Of a stretch of DNA of 64,000 bases, positions 30,182 through 39,382 are shown piece by piece (the first letter of the stretch is position 1; the number at the start of each line of letters is the position of its first letter). Where the stretch lies: assembly GCA_963751455.1 (NCBI GenBank), contig CAVVUN010000015.1, positions 1,632,001-1,696,000 of the forward strand, in the 5' to 3' direction. This stretch comes from Nitrospirota bacterium. Lineage in GTDB: Bacteria; Nitrospirota; UBA9217. The notes under the pieces were generated by a model. That model did not search any database. It was not told the origin of the DNA and was given only the letters and a program-made list of their open reading frames with translations. A program made the position numbers and the translations under genes.

Positions 30182-31234
30182 ATGAATATCTCTCTCAATG
30201 GCGAAAAAAAAGAAATTCCCGATAAAGTGACAGTCCTTGGTCTTCTGGAGTTTCTCAAAATCCAGCACCAGAGAGTCGCGGTCGAACTGAACGAGACGAT
30301 CGTCAAGAAAGACCGTTACGGCGACACAATCATTCAAGACGGAGATTTGCTGGAGGTTGTGAGCTTTATGGGTGGAGGGAATTTGGAGCGAGCCGACCGT
30401 GTCGGCGTAAATCACGGCAACATGGTTGCCTTGGTCCATAAAGGAGTAAATAGAATGACAGACGACAAACTGGTCATCGCAGGCATAGAATTCAAGTCCC
30501 GCCTTTGGGTCGGAACGGGCAAGTACAAAGATTTCGCGGAAACGAAAAAGGCGATCGAGATGTCCGGAACTGATGTGGTCACGGTCTCTGTCCGGCGTGT
30601 GAACATCATCGATAAGGGCAAAGAGAACCTTCTCGACTATATCGACCCGAAACTGTACAAGATATTGCCGAATACTGCCGGGTGTTATACTGCCAAGGAT
30701 GCGATCCGCACCGCGATGCTTGCGGCCGAGGCGGGCATCACGAAGCTTGTCAAGCTCGAGGTGATCGGCGACCAGAAGACGCTTTTCCCGGATAACGAGG
30801 CGACACTCGAAGCTGCAAAAATCCTGCTGAAGGAAGGCCTTATTGTCCTGCCCTATACGAGCGACGACCCGATCATGGCCAGAAAACTGGTTGACCTGGG
30901 GTGCCCGGCGATCATGCCGCTCGCTGCACCGATCGGTTCCGGGCTCGGTATCAGGAACCCTTACAATATCATGATCATCATGGAGACCGTAAAAGTGCCG
31001 ATCATCGTCGATGCCGGCGTGGGCACAGCTTCCGATGTTGCGCTTGCTATGGAGCTTGGCTGTGACGCGGTGCTGCTGAACACCGCAATCGCCGGCGCCC
31101 AGGACCCAATCGCAATGGCGGAGGCGATGAAGTACGGCGTGCTCGCGGGTCGGCTGGCATTCAAGGCTGGAAGGATACCGAAGAAACTGTATGCTACTGC
31201 CAGCAGTCCGATCGAGGGAATTATCGGGAGCTGA
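30182..31234 (+). CDS. thiG: ThiS-ThiG single ORF (sulfur carrier plus thiazole synthase); ThiG also has its own RBS and ATG at 30455
   Basis: ThiS VAVELN...EVVSFMGGG, a 25-aa linker, then [34 protein letters not shown]. Confidence 0.93.
   Translation: MNISLNGEKKEIPDKVTVLGLLEFLKIQHQRVAVELNETIVKKDRYGDTIIQDGDLLEVVSFMGGGNLERADRVGVNHGNMVALVHKGVNRMTDDKLVIAGIEFKSRLWVGTGKYKDFAETKKAIEMSGTDVVTVSVRRVNIIDKGKENLLDYIDPKLYKILPNTAGCYTAKDAIRTAMLAAEAGITKLVKLEVIGDQKTLFPDNEATLEAAKILLKEGLIVLPYTSDDPIMARKLVDLGCPAIMPLAAPIGSGLGIRNPYNIMIIMETVKVPIIVDAGVGTASDVALAMELGCDAVLLNTAIAGAQDPIAMAEAMKYGVLAGRLAFKAGRIPKKLYATASSPIEGIIGS
30384..30438 (+). repeat. REP doublet (REPIN) inside the thiS-thiG ORF
   Basis: Same two ends as 29837..30169 with a spacer of a few bp. 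Confidence 0.85.
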
Positions 31235-31244
31235 GAAATGACTT

Positions 31245-31331
31245 ATTTCAAATTGCAAAATTGTAAATTGGAAATTTCAAAATGGAGTAACGCTTCTCGC
31301 AATATGCATTTTGCAATATGCAATTTGCAAT
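31245..31331. repeat. Inverted TGCAAA/TTTGCA heptamer array between thiG and thiE
   Basis: tttcaaattgcaaaattgtaaattggaaatttcaaaat ... tgcattttgcaatatgcaatttgcaat. Confidence 0.75.
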
Positions 31332-31947
31332 GAACTTAGATTTTAACCTCTACCTCATTACCGACCGAAAGCAGACGAAATTACCGCTTATCGAGGCTGT
31401 GACGCTTGCATTGGAGGGCGGTGTACGCGCGATCCAGCTCAGGGAAAAGGACCTGAAGATCCGTGAGCTTCTTGGCCTTGCCCGGGAACTGAGGGAAATC
31501 ACGAAACGCTTCAGCGCCCGGTTGTTCATAAATGACAGGGTAGACGTCGCTGTTGCGGTTGATGCGGATGGAGTACATCTCGGAAAGGATAGCATGCCTC
31601 CTGCTGCTGTCCGCAGAATAGCGGGAAATCGCCTTCTTGTTGGTGTTTCAACGCATACGCTTGAAGAAGCAAAGACAGCACAGACAGCGGGAGCTGATTT
31701 TATTACCTTTGGCCCGGTTTTTTTTACACCTTCCAAAGCACAGTTTGGGGATCCAGTGGGATTGGAATCATTAAATTTGATTAAAAAATCAGTTTCAGTG
31801 CCAATATTTGCCATTGGTGGCATAAAAAGTGGGAACGCGAAGCAAATTATGGATACCGGTGTCGATGGCGTCAGTATGATTTCAGATATTTTCGGATCAA
31901 ACGATATCCGCCAGGCAGCTGAACAAATTATAAACGAAATCACCTGA
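31330..31947 (+). CDS. thiE: Thiamine-phosphate synthase
   Basis: LYLITD, QLREK, INDRVDVA, GVHLG, GVSTH, FAIGGI. Confidence 0.96.
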   Translation: MNLDFNLYLITDRKQTKLPLIEAVTLALEGGVRAIQLREKDLKIRELLGLARELREITKRFSARLFINDRVDVAVAVDADGVHLGKDSMPPAAVRRIAGNRLLVGVSTHTLEEAKTAQTAGADFITFGPVFFTPSKAQFGDPVGLESLNLIKKSVSVPIFAIGGIKSGNAKQIMDTGVDGVSMISDIFGSNDIRQAAEQIINEIT

Positions 31948-32056
31948 TGAAGCATGAAGGACCTCTCACTTCGTTCGAGGTGACAGGCGAGCATGTTTTT
32001 GTCAATTACGTCTCTGAAATCTGCGTAATCTGCGGATAAAATACGCGAGGTAATCT

Positions 32057-33349
32057 ATGACCCAGATTCTTGAAGCACGCAAAGGAAACATTACCCCCGA
32101 AATGGAGGCCGTGGCCCGGGCAGAAGGCGTCAGGCTCGATCATATCGTAGAATGTGTGGAAAACGGCACCATCGTCATTACCCGGAATGCGCTTCATACA
32201 TCGATCAGCCCTCTCGGGATCGGCAGGGGGCTGAGGACCAAGGTAAACGCAAACATAGGCACATCCAAGGAACGTATGTCCGTGGATGACGAGATCCTTA
32301 AGCTCAAGGCCGCGGTTTCCGCCGGCGCCGACGCTGTAATGGACCTTTCAACAGGCGGGCCGATCATCGAGATCCGGAAAAACATCCTGCAGCATTCTAC
32401 AGTCGCCATAGGCACCGTACCGATCTACCAGGCGGCGGTCGAGACGGTGGAGCAGGGGCTTCCGATAGTGCAGATGGACCCCGAGACGCTCTTTCGGGTG
32501 ATCGAGCAGCAGGCGGAAGAGGGCGTGGATTTCGTGACCGTGCACTGCGGTGTGACGATCGGGAGTGTAGAGCGGCTGAAGCGGCAGGGAAGGATCATGG
32601 ACGTTGTCAGCCGTGGGGGAGCATTCCATCTCGAATGGATCATCTTCAATGAAGCCGAAAATCCTCTGTATACCCAGTACGACCGGCTTATCGAGATCGC
32701 AAAAAAATACGACGTTACGCTGTCGCTCGGAGACGGGATGAGGCCCGGCTGTCTTGCCGATGCGACCGACCGGTCCCAGATCGAGGAACTGATTACACTG
32801 GGCGAGCTGCGGGACCAGGCGCACGAGGCTGGCGTACAGGTGATGATCGAGGGTCCGGGCCATGTTCCGATCAACCAGGTGGAAACAAACATCAAGATCC
32901 AGAAAGAACTGTGCAAGGGCGCGCCCTTCTACGTGCTCGGTCCTCTGGTGACCGATGTCGCGCCAGGGTACGACCACATAACCTCGGCAATCGGGGGAGC
33001 TATCGCAGGGGCCGCGGGCGCGGACTTCCTCTGTTACGTGACGCCGTCCGAGCACCTTCGTCTGCCGGACCTCGAGGATGTGCGCGAGGGGGTGATAGCA
33101 TCCCGGATTGCAGCTCACGCCGCGGATATCGCAAAGGGTGTCAAGGGCGCGATGGACTGGGACAGGGAGATGGCCCGGCGACGCAAGGCCCTGGATTGGA
33201 AAGGCCAGATAGAACTGTCGATCAATCCCGAGCGCGCGCGGAAACTGCGAGAGTCAAGCATGCCCAAAGAATCGGACGTCTGCACCATGTGCGGCGAATT
33301 CTGTTCGATGAAGGGCGTGAGCGCCTATCTCAAAAAAGAGGTAAAGTAA
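32057..33349 (+). CDS. thiC: Phosphomethylpyrimidine synthase
   Basis: KVNANIGTS, MDLSTGG, LSLGDGMRPG, EGPGH, CTMCGEFC. Confidence 0.97.
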   Translation: MTQILEARKGNITPEMEAVARAEGVRLDHIVECVENGTIVITRNALHTSISPLGIGRGLRTKVNANIGTSKERMSVDDEILKLKAAVSAGADAVMDLSTGGPIIEIRKNILQHSTVAIGTVPIYQAAVETVEQGLPIVQMDPETLFRVIEQQAEEGVDFVTVHCGVTIGSVERLKRQGRIMDVVSRGGAFHLEWIIFNEAENPLYTQYDRLIEIAKKYDVTLSLGDGMRPGCLADATDRSQIEELITLGELRDQAHEAGVQVMIEGPGHVPINQVETNIKIQKELCKGAPFYVLGPLVTDVAPGYDHITSAIGGAIAGAAGADFLCYVTPSEHLRLPDLEDVREGVIASRIAAHAADIAKGVKGAMDWDREMARRRKALDWKGQIELSINPERARKLRESSMPKESDVCTMCGEFCSMKGVSAYLKKEVK

Positions 33350-33422
33350 CCGGGCATCTGAGCATTTACCAAGTCAAGAAGAACTAATACAAGGATAAGG
33401 AGCAGAAGTGCTGAACAGAAAC

Positions 33423-34271
33423 ATGAAAAAAAGATTGCTATATTGGATTATCGTCATGATCGTCTGCATGCCGTTCATATCGTATGCAAAGACGGCACAG
33501 GAGCCGAAAATCATTATAAAGCCGAACAAGCCCGGTCCCGGCGATATCATGATCGTGACTGTAAAGGGAACACAGGGACCGGTGGAGGGCACGTTTGAGG
33601 GCAGAAAGGTCTATTTTTACCCGGCCCCGGCTTCTTTAAAAGCGATGGTGGGCGTAGATCTTCTGACCGAGCCCGGCATCTATAAACTTGACGTTACAAG
33701 CAACGGCAAAAGACTCAGCCGTGAAATAATTGTAGTTAAGAAGAAATTTGAAGTGCAGAAGCTGACCTTGCCGAAAGACTTGGTTGAACTCTCGCCGGAA
33801 AACGAGGCGCGGGCCGAACGGGAACAGAAGAAAATGGCGGAGATCTGGCCCAATGAGTCGGATCGCAGCTGGGCCGGCAATTTCATGAATCCCCGGCAGG
33901 GAGAGATCTCCACGAAGTTCGGCCTGAGAAGGATCATCAACGATATTCCGAAGAACCCGCACAGCGGGGTCGATGTGGCGGCCGAACTGGGTAAAGAGGT
34001 GTATGCGCCGAACGACGGAAAGGTGGTCCTTGTCGACGATCACTTTTTTTCGGGTAATTCCCTCGTCCTGGATCATGGGCAGGGAATCTACACCATGTTT
34101 TTCCATCTTTCGAAAATACTCGTAACCGGGGGCCAGGCGGTAAAAAAAGGAGACGTTATCGCGCTCGTGGGTTCTACGGGCCGTTCAACGGGTCCGCATC
34201 TTCATTGGGGCGCCCGGATGCAGGGCGCGCGGGTTGATCCTCTGCAGTTGATCAAATTAAAGCTTGAGTAA
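33423..34271 (+). CDS. M23 family metallopeptidase
   Basis: HSGVD and GSTGRSTGPHLHW; signal peptide. Confidence 0.93.
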   Translation: MKKRLLYWIIVMIVCMPFISYAKTAQEPKIIIKPNKPGPGDIMIVTVKGTQGPVEGTFEGRKVYFYPAPASLKAMVGVDLLTEPGIYKLDVTSNGKRLSREIIVVKKKFEVQKLTLPKDLVELSPENEARAEREQKKMAEIWPNESDRSWAGNFMNPRQGEISTKFGLRRIINDIPKNPHSGVDVAAELGKEVYAPNDGKVVLVDDHFFSGNSLVLDHGQGIYTMFFHLSKILVTGGQAVKKGDVIALVGSTGRSTGPHLHWGARMQGARVDPLQLIKLKLE

Positions 34272-34428
34272 TAGAATCAAGAGATAGGAATCAGGAGTAA
34301 TGAATCAGTAGACAGAAGTCAGAATTCAGTAGTCACGAGAAGGCGAAAAAGTCATATTCTGGCTTCTTGCTCCTGTCTCCTGACTTCTCATATTCTGGCT
34401 TCTGACTCCTGTCTCCTGACTCCTGAAT
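34272..34428. repeat. Inverted AGTCAG(A/G) heptamer array
   Basis: gaatcaggag...gacagaagtcagaattcagtag ... ttctggcttctgactcctgtctcctgactcctga. Confidence 0.8.
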
Positions 34429-34434
34429 TTTTTC

Positions 34435-35202
34435 ATGATCAAAGTTCTCTCCATAGCGGGTTCCGATCCTTCATCCGGTGCCGGGATACAGGTCGATCTC
34501 AAGACCTTTCAGGCGCTCGGCGTATTCGGGATGGCAGTGGCGAGTTCGGTAACAGAACAAAACAGCAAAGGAGTCTCGGCGACCGCTTCCATATCGTCAC
34601 GCATGCTCTCAAAGCAGCTCCAAACCCTCTTATCCGACATCAAACCGGACGCAGTCAAGACCGGAATGCTGTTGACACGGGGAAATGTCGAGGCAACAGC
34701 AGCTTCACTGACAAAATTTAAGATCAGGAACGTTATTATCGATCCTGTCATCCGTTCCACCTCGGGCCGTGCTCTTTTAGAACTCGATGCGGTCTCTTCC
34801 CTCAAAAAGCGCCTTTTTCCGTTAGCGATCGTCATAACTCCGAATATCCCGGAGGCTGAAGCGATTACCGGCTTGCCGATAAAGAGCCGGAGGGACATGG
34901 ATTATGCGGCCGGCATGCTTCTCGACACCGGACCTGCGTATGTTCTTATAAAGGGCGGCCATTCAGCAGGCCCCGCAACAGACACGCTGTATGGCGGTAA
35001 AACCGTAATGAGTTTTTCCACACCGAGGCGCAGGGGGCAATTTCACGGCACCGGCTGCGTGCTTTCCTCGGCAATAGCAGTGTTTATTGCCCGGGGATAT
35101 CCTGTGGAAAAGGCCGTGGAAAAAGCGAAACAATTTGTGGATAAGATGTTGAAAACCGCGAAGTATGTCGGAAAAGCAAAAACCAGATACTTTCAATTCT
35201 GA
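34435..35202 (+). CDS. thiD: Hydroxymethylpyrimidine/phosphomethylpyrimidine kinase
   Basis: LSIAGSDPSSGAGIQ.DLK, KTGML, TPNIPEA, KGGH, HGTGC. Confidence 0.95.
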   Translation: MIKVLSIAGSDPSSGAGIQVDLKTFQALGVFGMAVASSVTEQNSKGVSATASISSRMLSKQLQTLLSDIKPDAVKTGMLLTRGNVEATAASLTKFKIRNVIIDPVIRSTSGRALLELDAVSSLKKRLFPLAIVITPNIPEAEAITGLPIKSRRDMDYAAGMLLDTGPAYVLIKGGHSAGPATDTLYGGKTVMSFSTPRRRGQFHGTGCVLSSAIAVFIARGYPVEKAVEKAKQFVDKMLKTAKYVGKAKTRYFQF

Positions 35203-35293
35203 GAAATATATCCACAGATTTCGCCGATTTTCGCAGATTAAAATCTTCGTAATCTGTGTAATCTGCGGATAGACCTTCGAGAAAGAGGACCTC

Positions 35294-36004
35294 ATGCGCA
35301 TAGACGGCCGAAAGGCGGACGAACTCCGCACGGTAAAGATCACGAGGAAGTATATAAAGGCGGCGGAAGGCTCCGTGCTGATCGAAATGGGCGATACGAA
35401 GGTCATCTGCACCGCGACCGTTGATCAATCCGTGCCGCCTTTTCTGAAAGGCAAGGGGAAGGGGTGGGTAACGGCCGAGTACGGCATGCTTCCGCGTTCT
35501 TCGCCCCAGCGCATCGCCCGGGAACGGAGCAAGGTCGGAGGCCGGACACACGAGATCCAGAGGCTCATCGGCAGATCGCTTCGGTCAGTCGTAGACATGA
35601 GAGCTCTCGGCGAGAGGACCGTGCTGATCGACTGCGATGTGGTCCAGGCCGACGGCGGCACCCGAACGGCATCGATCACGGGCGCATATATCGCGCTTGT
35701 TGATGCGCTCCGTCTTGTCCATAAAAGGGGACTAATCGAGACCGTCCCGGTCATTGATTTCCTTGCAGCAATCAGCGTCGGAATAGCGGAAGGAAAACCC
35801 ATGCTGGACCTTTGCTACACTGAAGATTCCGCAGCGGAAGTCGACATGAACCTCGTAATGACCGGCAGCGGAAAACTCGTGGAGGTGCAGGGTACGGCTG
35901 AAGGCGCGCCGTTTACACGGGCGGAGCTTTCAAAACTCCTGACCCTCGGTGAAAAGGGCATCAAAACGCTGATCAGGAAACAGAAAGAGATGCTGGAAAA
36001 ATAG
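35294..36004 (+). CDS. rph: Ribonuclease PH
   Basis: [41 protein letters not shown]. Confidence 0.98.
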   Translation: MRIDGRKADELRTVKITRKYIKAAEGSVLIEMGDTKVICTATVDQSVPPFLKGKGKGWVTAEYGMLPRSSPQRIARERSKVGGRTHEIQRLIGRSLRSVVDMRALGERTVLIDCDVVQADGGTRTASITGAYIALVDALRLVHKRGLIETVPVIDFLAAISVGIAEGKPMLDLCYTEDSAAEVDMNLVMTGSGKLVEVQGTAEGAPFTRAELSKLLTLGEKGIKTLIRKQKEMLEK

Positions 36005-36127
36005 ATTTGAAATTGAAGAATTAAGTGCTCAGGAATTGAAAAATGCATCCGGTACACTCCTGAATCCGCAAACCGGAAAAGCTTTTTAGCCGCAGAGAAC
36101 ACAGAGGCGATATCGAATCTGGAATAA

Positions 36128-36293
36128 TCCTAAAAACGGCATTTGAACACGGATGAACACGGAAACAGCGGATCAAAACAATGTGATAGAGCAAAAAGCC
36201 ATCTCGCCTTTTGGGTGAATCCATTACTGTTCGTAACTTCCTATAAATCCGTGTTGATCAGATTTTATCCGTGTCCAACTGCTTTTTTCAGGA
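36128..36293. mobile_element. MITE-like element, twin of 313..478
   Basis: Near-identical sequence with TAA on both flanks; sits inside a ccgcagagaacacagag...ctctgtgg palindromic repeat. Confidence 0.8.
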
Positions 36294-36347
36294 TAATTCC
36301 TCTGTGGCACTTTTCTGATTTGTGTTGCAGCTGACTCGATCATTGCT

Positions 36348-36917
36348 ATGTCATTTCTTACTGTCCTCTTCATTTCCTTCGGGTTGATCTTCATTGCCGA
36401 ACTTGGCGACAAGACGCAGCTTATGGTCTTTACGCTTGCGCTCCGGTTCGGCGGAAAGCCGGTGCTCGCAGGTGCTTTTCTCGCATTTGCCCTGCTGTCC
36501 GGCAGCGCGGCCATCATCGGCAAGGGGCTTGGCGGACTCTTTTCTCAGGAACTGATTACCGGCATATCAGCCTGGATATTCATTCTTTTCGGAACATACA
36601 TACTGTTTGCCTCAAAAGAAGAAAGCGGGCAGGAACAGACAAAACCGTCGACAGGGGCAGGCGTGGTCGCAGCATTCAGCCTGATCGCCATTTCCGAAAT
36701 GGGAGACAAAACCCAGATAGCGACTCTTCTTCTGTCGGTAAAATACAGGACCTTTTTTTCCGTGTTTCTAGGCAGCCTTGCAGCACTGACCCTCTCCTCC
36801 CTGATCGGCATCCTGCTTGCCGGCAGGCTCAATAAATATATCCCCGCCAAAGTGGTCGCTCCTGCAGCAGGCATCCTGTTTATTCTGCTTGGCATCGGCA
36901 CGATCATATTTGCCTGA
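36348..36917 (+). CDS. TMEM165/GDT1 (UPF0016) family cation transporter
   Basis: Two E(L/M)GDKTQ motifs and multiple transmembrane segments. Confidence 0.92.
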   Translation: MSFLTVLFISFGLIFIAELGDKTQLMVFTLALRFGGKPVLAGAFLAFALLSGSAAIIGKGLGGLFSQELITGISAWIFILFGTYILFASKEESGQEQTKPSTGAGVVAAFSLIAISEMGDKTQIATLLLSVKYRTFFSVFLGSLAALTLSSLIGILLAGRLNKYIPAKVVAPAAGILFILLGIGTIIFA

Positions 36918-37015
36918 AAATCCCCTCAAAAACCCATAGGTCTATGTTTTTTATTGACAATATTGTGCGCTTGCACTAAAATTAAACAATCGTTTTATAA
37001 TACAGGAGGTTCGAT

Positions 37016-37438
37016 TTGTCGACCAGAGCGAAATTATTTACAGTATTGTTCAGTATCCTTTTCCCTTTGGCAGCGCTGGCCCAGGCGCAATTTCCGCTTA
37101 TCGGCGCAGATGATGTAAAAGTCCACTTAAAGGGAAAGCGGGCGGTTTTGATCGATACCAGGAATCCTGATGAATATCGTTCAGGGCATATACCGGGTGC
37201 CATCAATATCCCGGCGGAGCAGGTGAAACTGCAGGCGAGTCGTCTTCCAAAAGACAAGTCCGTTCCGCTAATTTTTTACTGCAGGGGGGCCGGCTGATCG
37301 CTCAGCAGTATGGCCGCAGGGGCGGCCACAGAGCTGGGATATAAGAAACTGATGATTTACCAGGCAGGTATGCCGGACTGGTTGATGAAGGGCTACCCGG
37401 TGATAAAAGGCGGTCAACCGGGAAAATTCAACAACTAA
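37016..37438 (+). CDS. Secreted rhodanese-domain protein, probable selenoprotein
   Basis: IDTR..EY..GHIPGA, IFYCRGAG-TGA(37295-37297)-SLS...LGY....Y..G..DW...GYPV; the domain is completed only by TGA readthrough. Confidence 0.85.
37311..37328 (+). promoter_or_regulatory. Candidate bacterial SECIS hairpin
   Basis: tggccgc-aggg-gcggcca, 13 nt after the in-frame TGA. Confidence 0.65.
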
Positions 37439-37470
37439 TCCTTACCCGGACAAGCCGGATCAAATCTTTG

Positions 37471-37567
37471 AACCGCAAAGGCGCAAAGGTCGCGAAGGAC
37501 ATCTAAAGATTGTTTGATTTAAAATCAAGGCCAGGATTTTCTTTGCGTTCTTCGCGTTTTCGCGGTA
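37471..37567. repeat. Inverted 9-mer CGCAAAG-type array
   Basis: accgcaaaggcgcaaaggtcgcgaag ... ctttgcgttcttcgcgttttcgcggt. Confidence 0.75.
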
Positions 37568-37580
37568 AAAATTTTGTTTT

Positions 37581-38369
37581 ATGATGAAGAGAGAAAAGAC
37601 AAATTATACAATCCAAGCCGTGTCTCATGCCTTCGATATTCTTGAGTCGTTCACAAAGACCGACCACGAACTCGGCGTTACCGAGCTGTCCAAGCGGCTG
37701 GGACTGCATAAGAACAACGTATTCCGGCTTCTTGCCACGCTTGAACACCGCGGTTATATAGAGCAGAACAAGGCGACCGAAAGCTACCGGCTGGGTCCGA
37801 AGACGCTCCAAATCGGCGTAATATTCATCGAACAGCGCGAATGCCGGCGCCAGGCGCGCCCTATCCTCGAGAACCTTGCGGCTGCCTGCGGAGAAACCGC
37901 CGTAGTCGGTGTTCTCCGCGCCGGCCAGGTAGTCTTCATGGATGGTGTGGAGACCCAAAGAACCGTGCGCGTTGCCTCCCGAATAGGACAAATCCTTCCG
38001 GCGCACTGTACAGCTGTGGGCAAGGTTCAGCTCGCAATGCTTGCTCCTGCCGATATCGAACAGCTTTATACTGAAACGAAGCTTACGGTACTGACCGAAA
38101 AGAGCATCAAAACCCGGGAACTGCTCCTGACGGAACTGAAAGCAATCGCCGAGAAAGGATATGCTCTCGAGAACGAAGAGTGCGACGCCGAGGTCAGGAG
38201 TATTGCCGTTCCGGTCAGGGATTTCTCGAAAAAAGTAATTGCCGCCCTGGCCATCACAGCGCCGGCTGTCAGGCTTACGGACGAGCATCTCGACAAGGCC
38301 GGCATAACTAAGCTTCTCATTGAAGCAGGCCGCAGCCTGTCGCAAAAACTGGGACACTCGTGTCAGTAA
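37581..38369 (+). CDS. IclR family transcriptional regulator
   Basis: HTH LGVTELS..LGLHK..VFRLL.TL; PAHCTAVGK; SIAVPV. Confidence 0.95.
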   Translation: MMKREKTNYTIQAVSHAFDILESFTKTDHELGVTELSKRLGLHKNNVFRLLATLEHRGYIEQNKATESYRLGPKTLQIGVIFIEQRECRRQARPILENLAAACGETAVVGVLRAGQVVFMDGVETQRTVRVASRIGQILPAHCTAVGKVQLAMLAPADIEQLYTETKLTVLTEKSIKTRELLLTELKAIAEKGYALENEECDAEVRSIAVPVRDFSKKVIAALAITAPAVRLTDEHLDKAGITKLLIEAGRSLSQKLGHSCQ

Positions 38370-38476
38370 ATACCCCGGCTTGAGGTGCGGCATTCGGCAG
38401 GTTTGGTCTCCCTGCCCGTGCTAAGTATTCGGTTTTTATAATTTATTGACACTTTTATTTATCCTGTGTTATTATC

Positions 38477-39340
38477 GTGCGGATGATTGAACAAAAATGG
38501 GATCGTCTCAAAGCGCTGCTTCGGGAAATGCAGCATGCGGTGATCGCCTATTCCGGAGGCGTTGACAGTTCCCTTCTTCTCAAAGCCGCATCCGAAGTAC
38601 TAGGTCCTCATTTCATCGCCGTCACCGCGGTTTCAGAAACATACCCGCCGCGTGAACTCGATGCAGCCACGGCGTTCGCCCGTTCCTTGGGCATAACCCA
38701 CCGCGTTATCCGAACCTCAGAACTTTTATCCGAAGATTTTGTTAAAAACCCGCCCGAGAGATGCTATTTCTGCAAAAAGGAATTATTCGCCAGGCTGAGG
38801 CAGATTGCTGACACCGAGGGCATTACCTTTGTCCTTGATGGCGCCAATACGGATGATGTCAAGGATTATCGTCCCGGGTCGAAAGCGGCAGCCGAATTTT
38901 CTGTAAGAAGCCCGCTCAGGGAGGCCGACTTTTCGAAATCGGATGTCCGCGAATGCGCGCGCATGCTGTCCGTCCCCTCGTGGGACAAGCCGTCGCTCGC
39001 CTGCCTCTCTTCCCGGATCCCGTACGGAACCAGAATAACGCCCGGGTTGCTGCATACGATCGACGCGGCCGAGGACCTGCTGCGCGGACTCGGTTTGCGC
39101 CAGGTTCGTGTCCGCCATCACGGAGATACCGCACGAATCGAGGCGGACCCTGCTGATTTTCACGCACTATTCGCAGATGGAGCGGCCTTGAAGATCGTTG
39201 CCCGGTTCAAAGAACTGGGATATACTTACGTCTGCCTTGATCTTGAAGGGTACCGGACCGGGAGTATGAATGAGGGACTTATGGAGCTAGCCGACCGTGT
39301 CGGCGTAAAAAATAACGGCAACACCCTGCTCTTGCGATAA
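38477..39340 (+). CDS. LarE-like ATP-dependent sulfur insertase (PP-loop)
   Basis: IAYSGGVDS, RCYFCK, DYRPG, ACLSSRIPYG, GYRTGSMN. Confidence 0.88.
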   Translation: MRMIEQKWDRLKALLREMQHAVIAYSGGVDSSLLLKAASEVLGPHFIAVTAVSETYPPRELDAATAFARSLGITHRVIRTSELLSEDFVKNPPERCYFCKKELFARLRQIADTEGITFVLDGANTDDVKDYRPGSKAAAEFSVRSPLREADFSKSDVRECARMLSVPSWDKPSLACLSSRIPYGTRITPGLLHTIDAAEDLLRGLGLRQVRVRHHGDTARIEADPADFHALFADGAALKIVARFKELGYTYVCLDLEGYRTGSMNEGLMELADRVGVKNNGNTLLLR

Positions 39341-39370
39341 CGCGGGTGCAGGCACGGTTGCCTCGGTCCA
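39282..39370 (+). repeat. REP doublet carrying nested mini insertion 39323..39353
   Basis: tggagctagccgaccgtgtcggcg...cggcaac[accctgc..gggtgcaggc]acggttgcctcggtcca. Confidence 0.85.
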
Positions 39371-39382
39371 AAAGGGGAAAAA

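Noticed and set aside
29987-31258. 423-aa minus-strand ORF
   Set aside because: Antisense shadow of thiS-thiG with no motifs.
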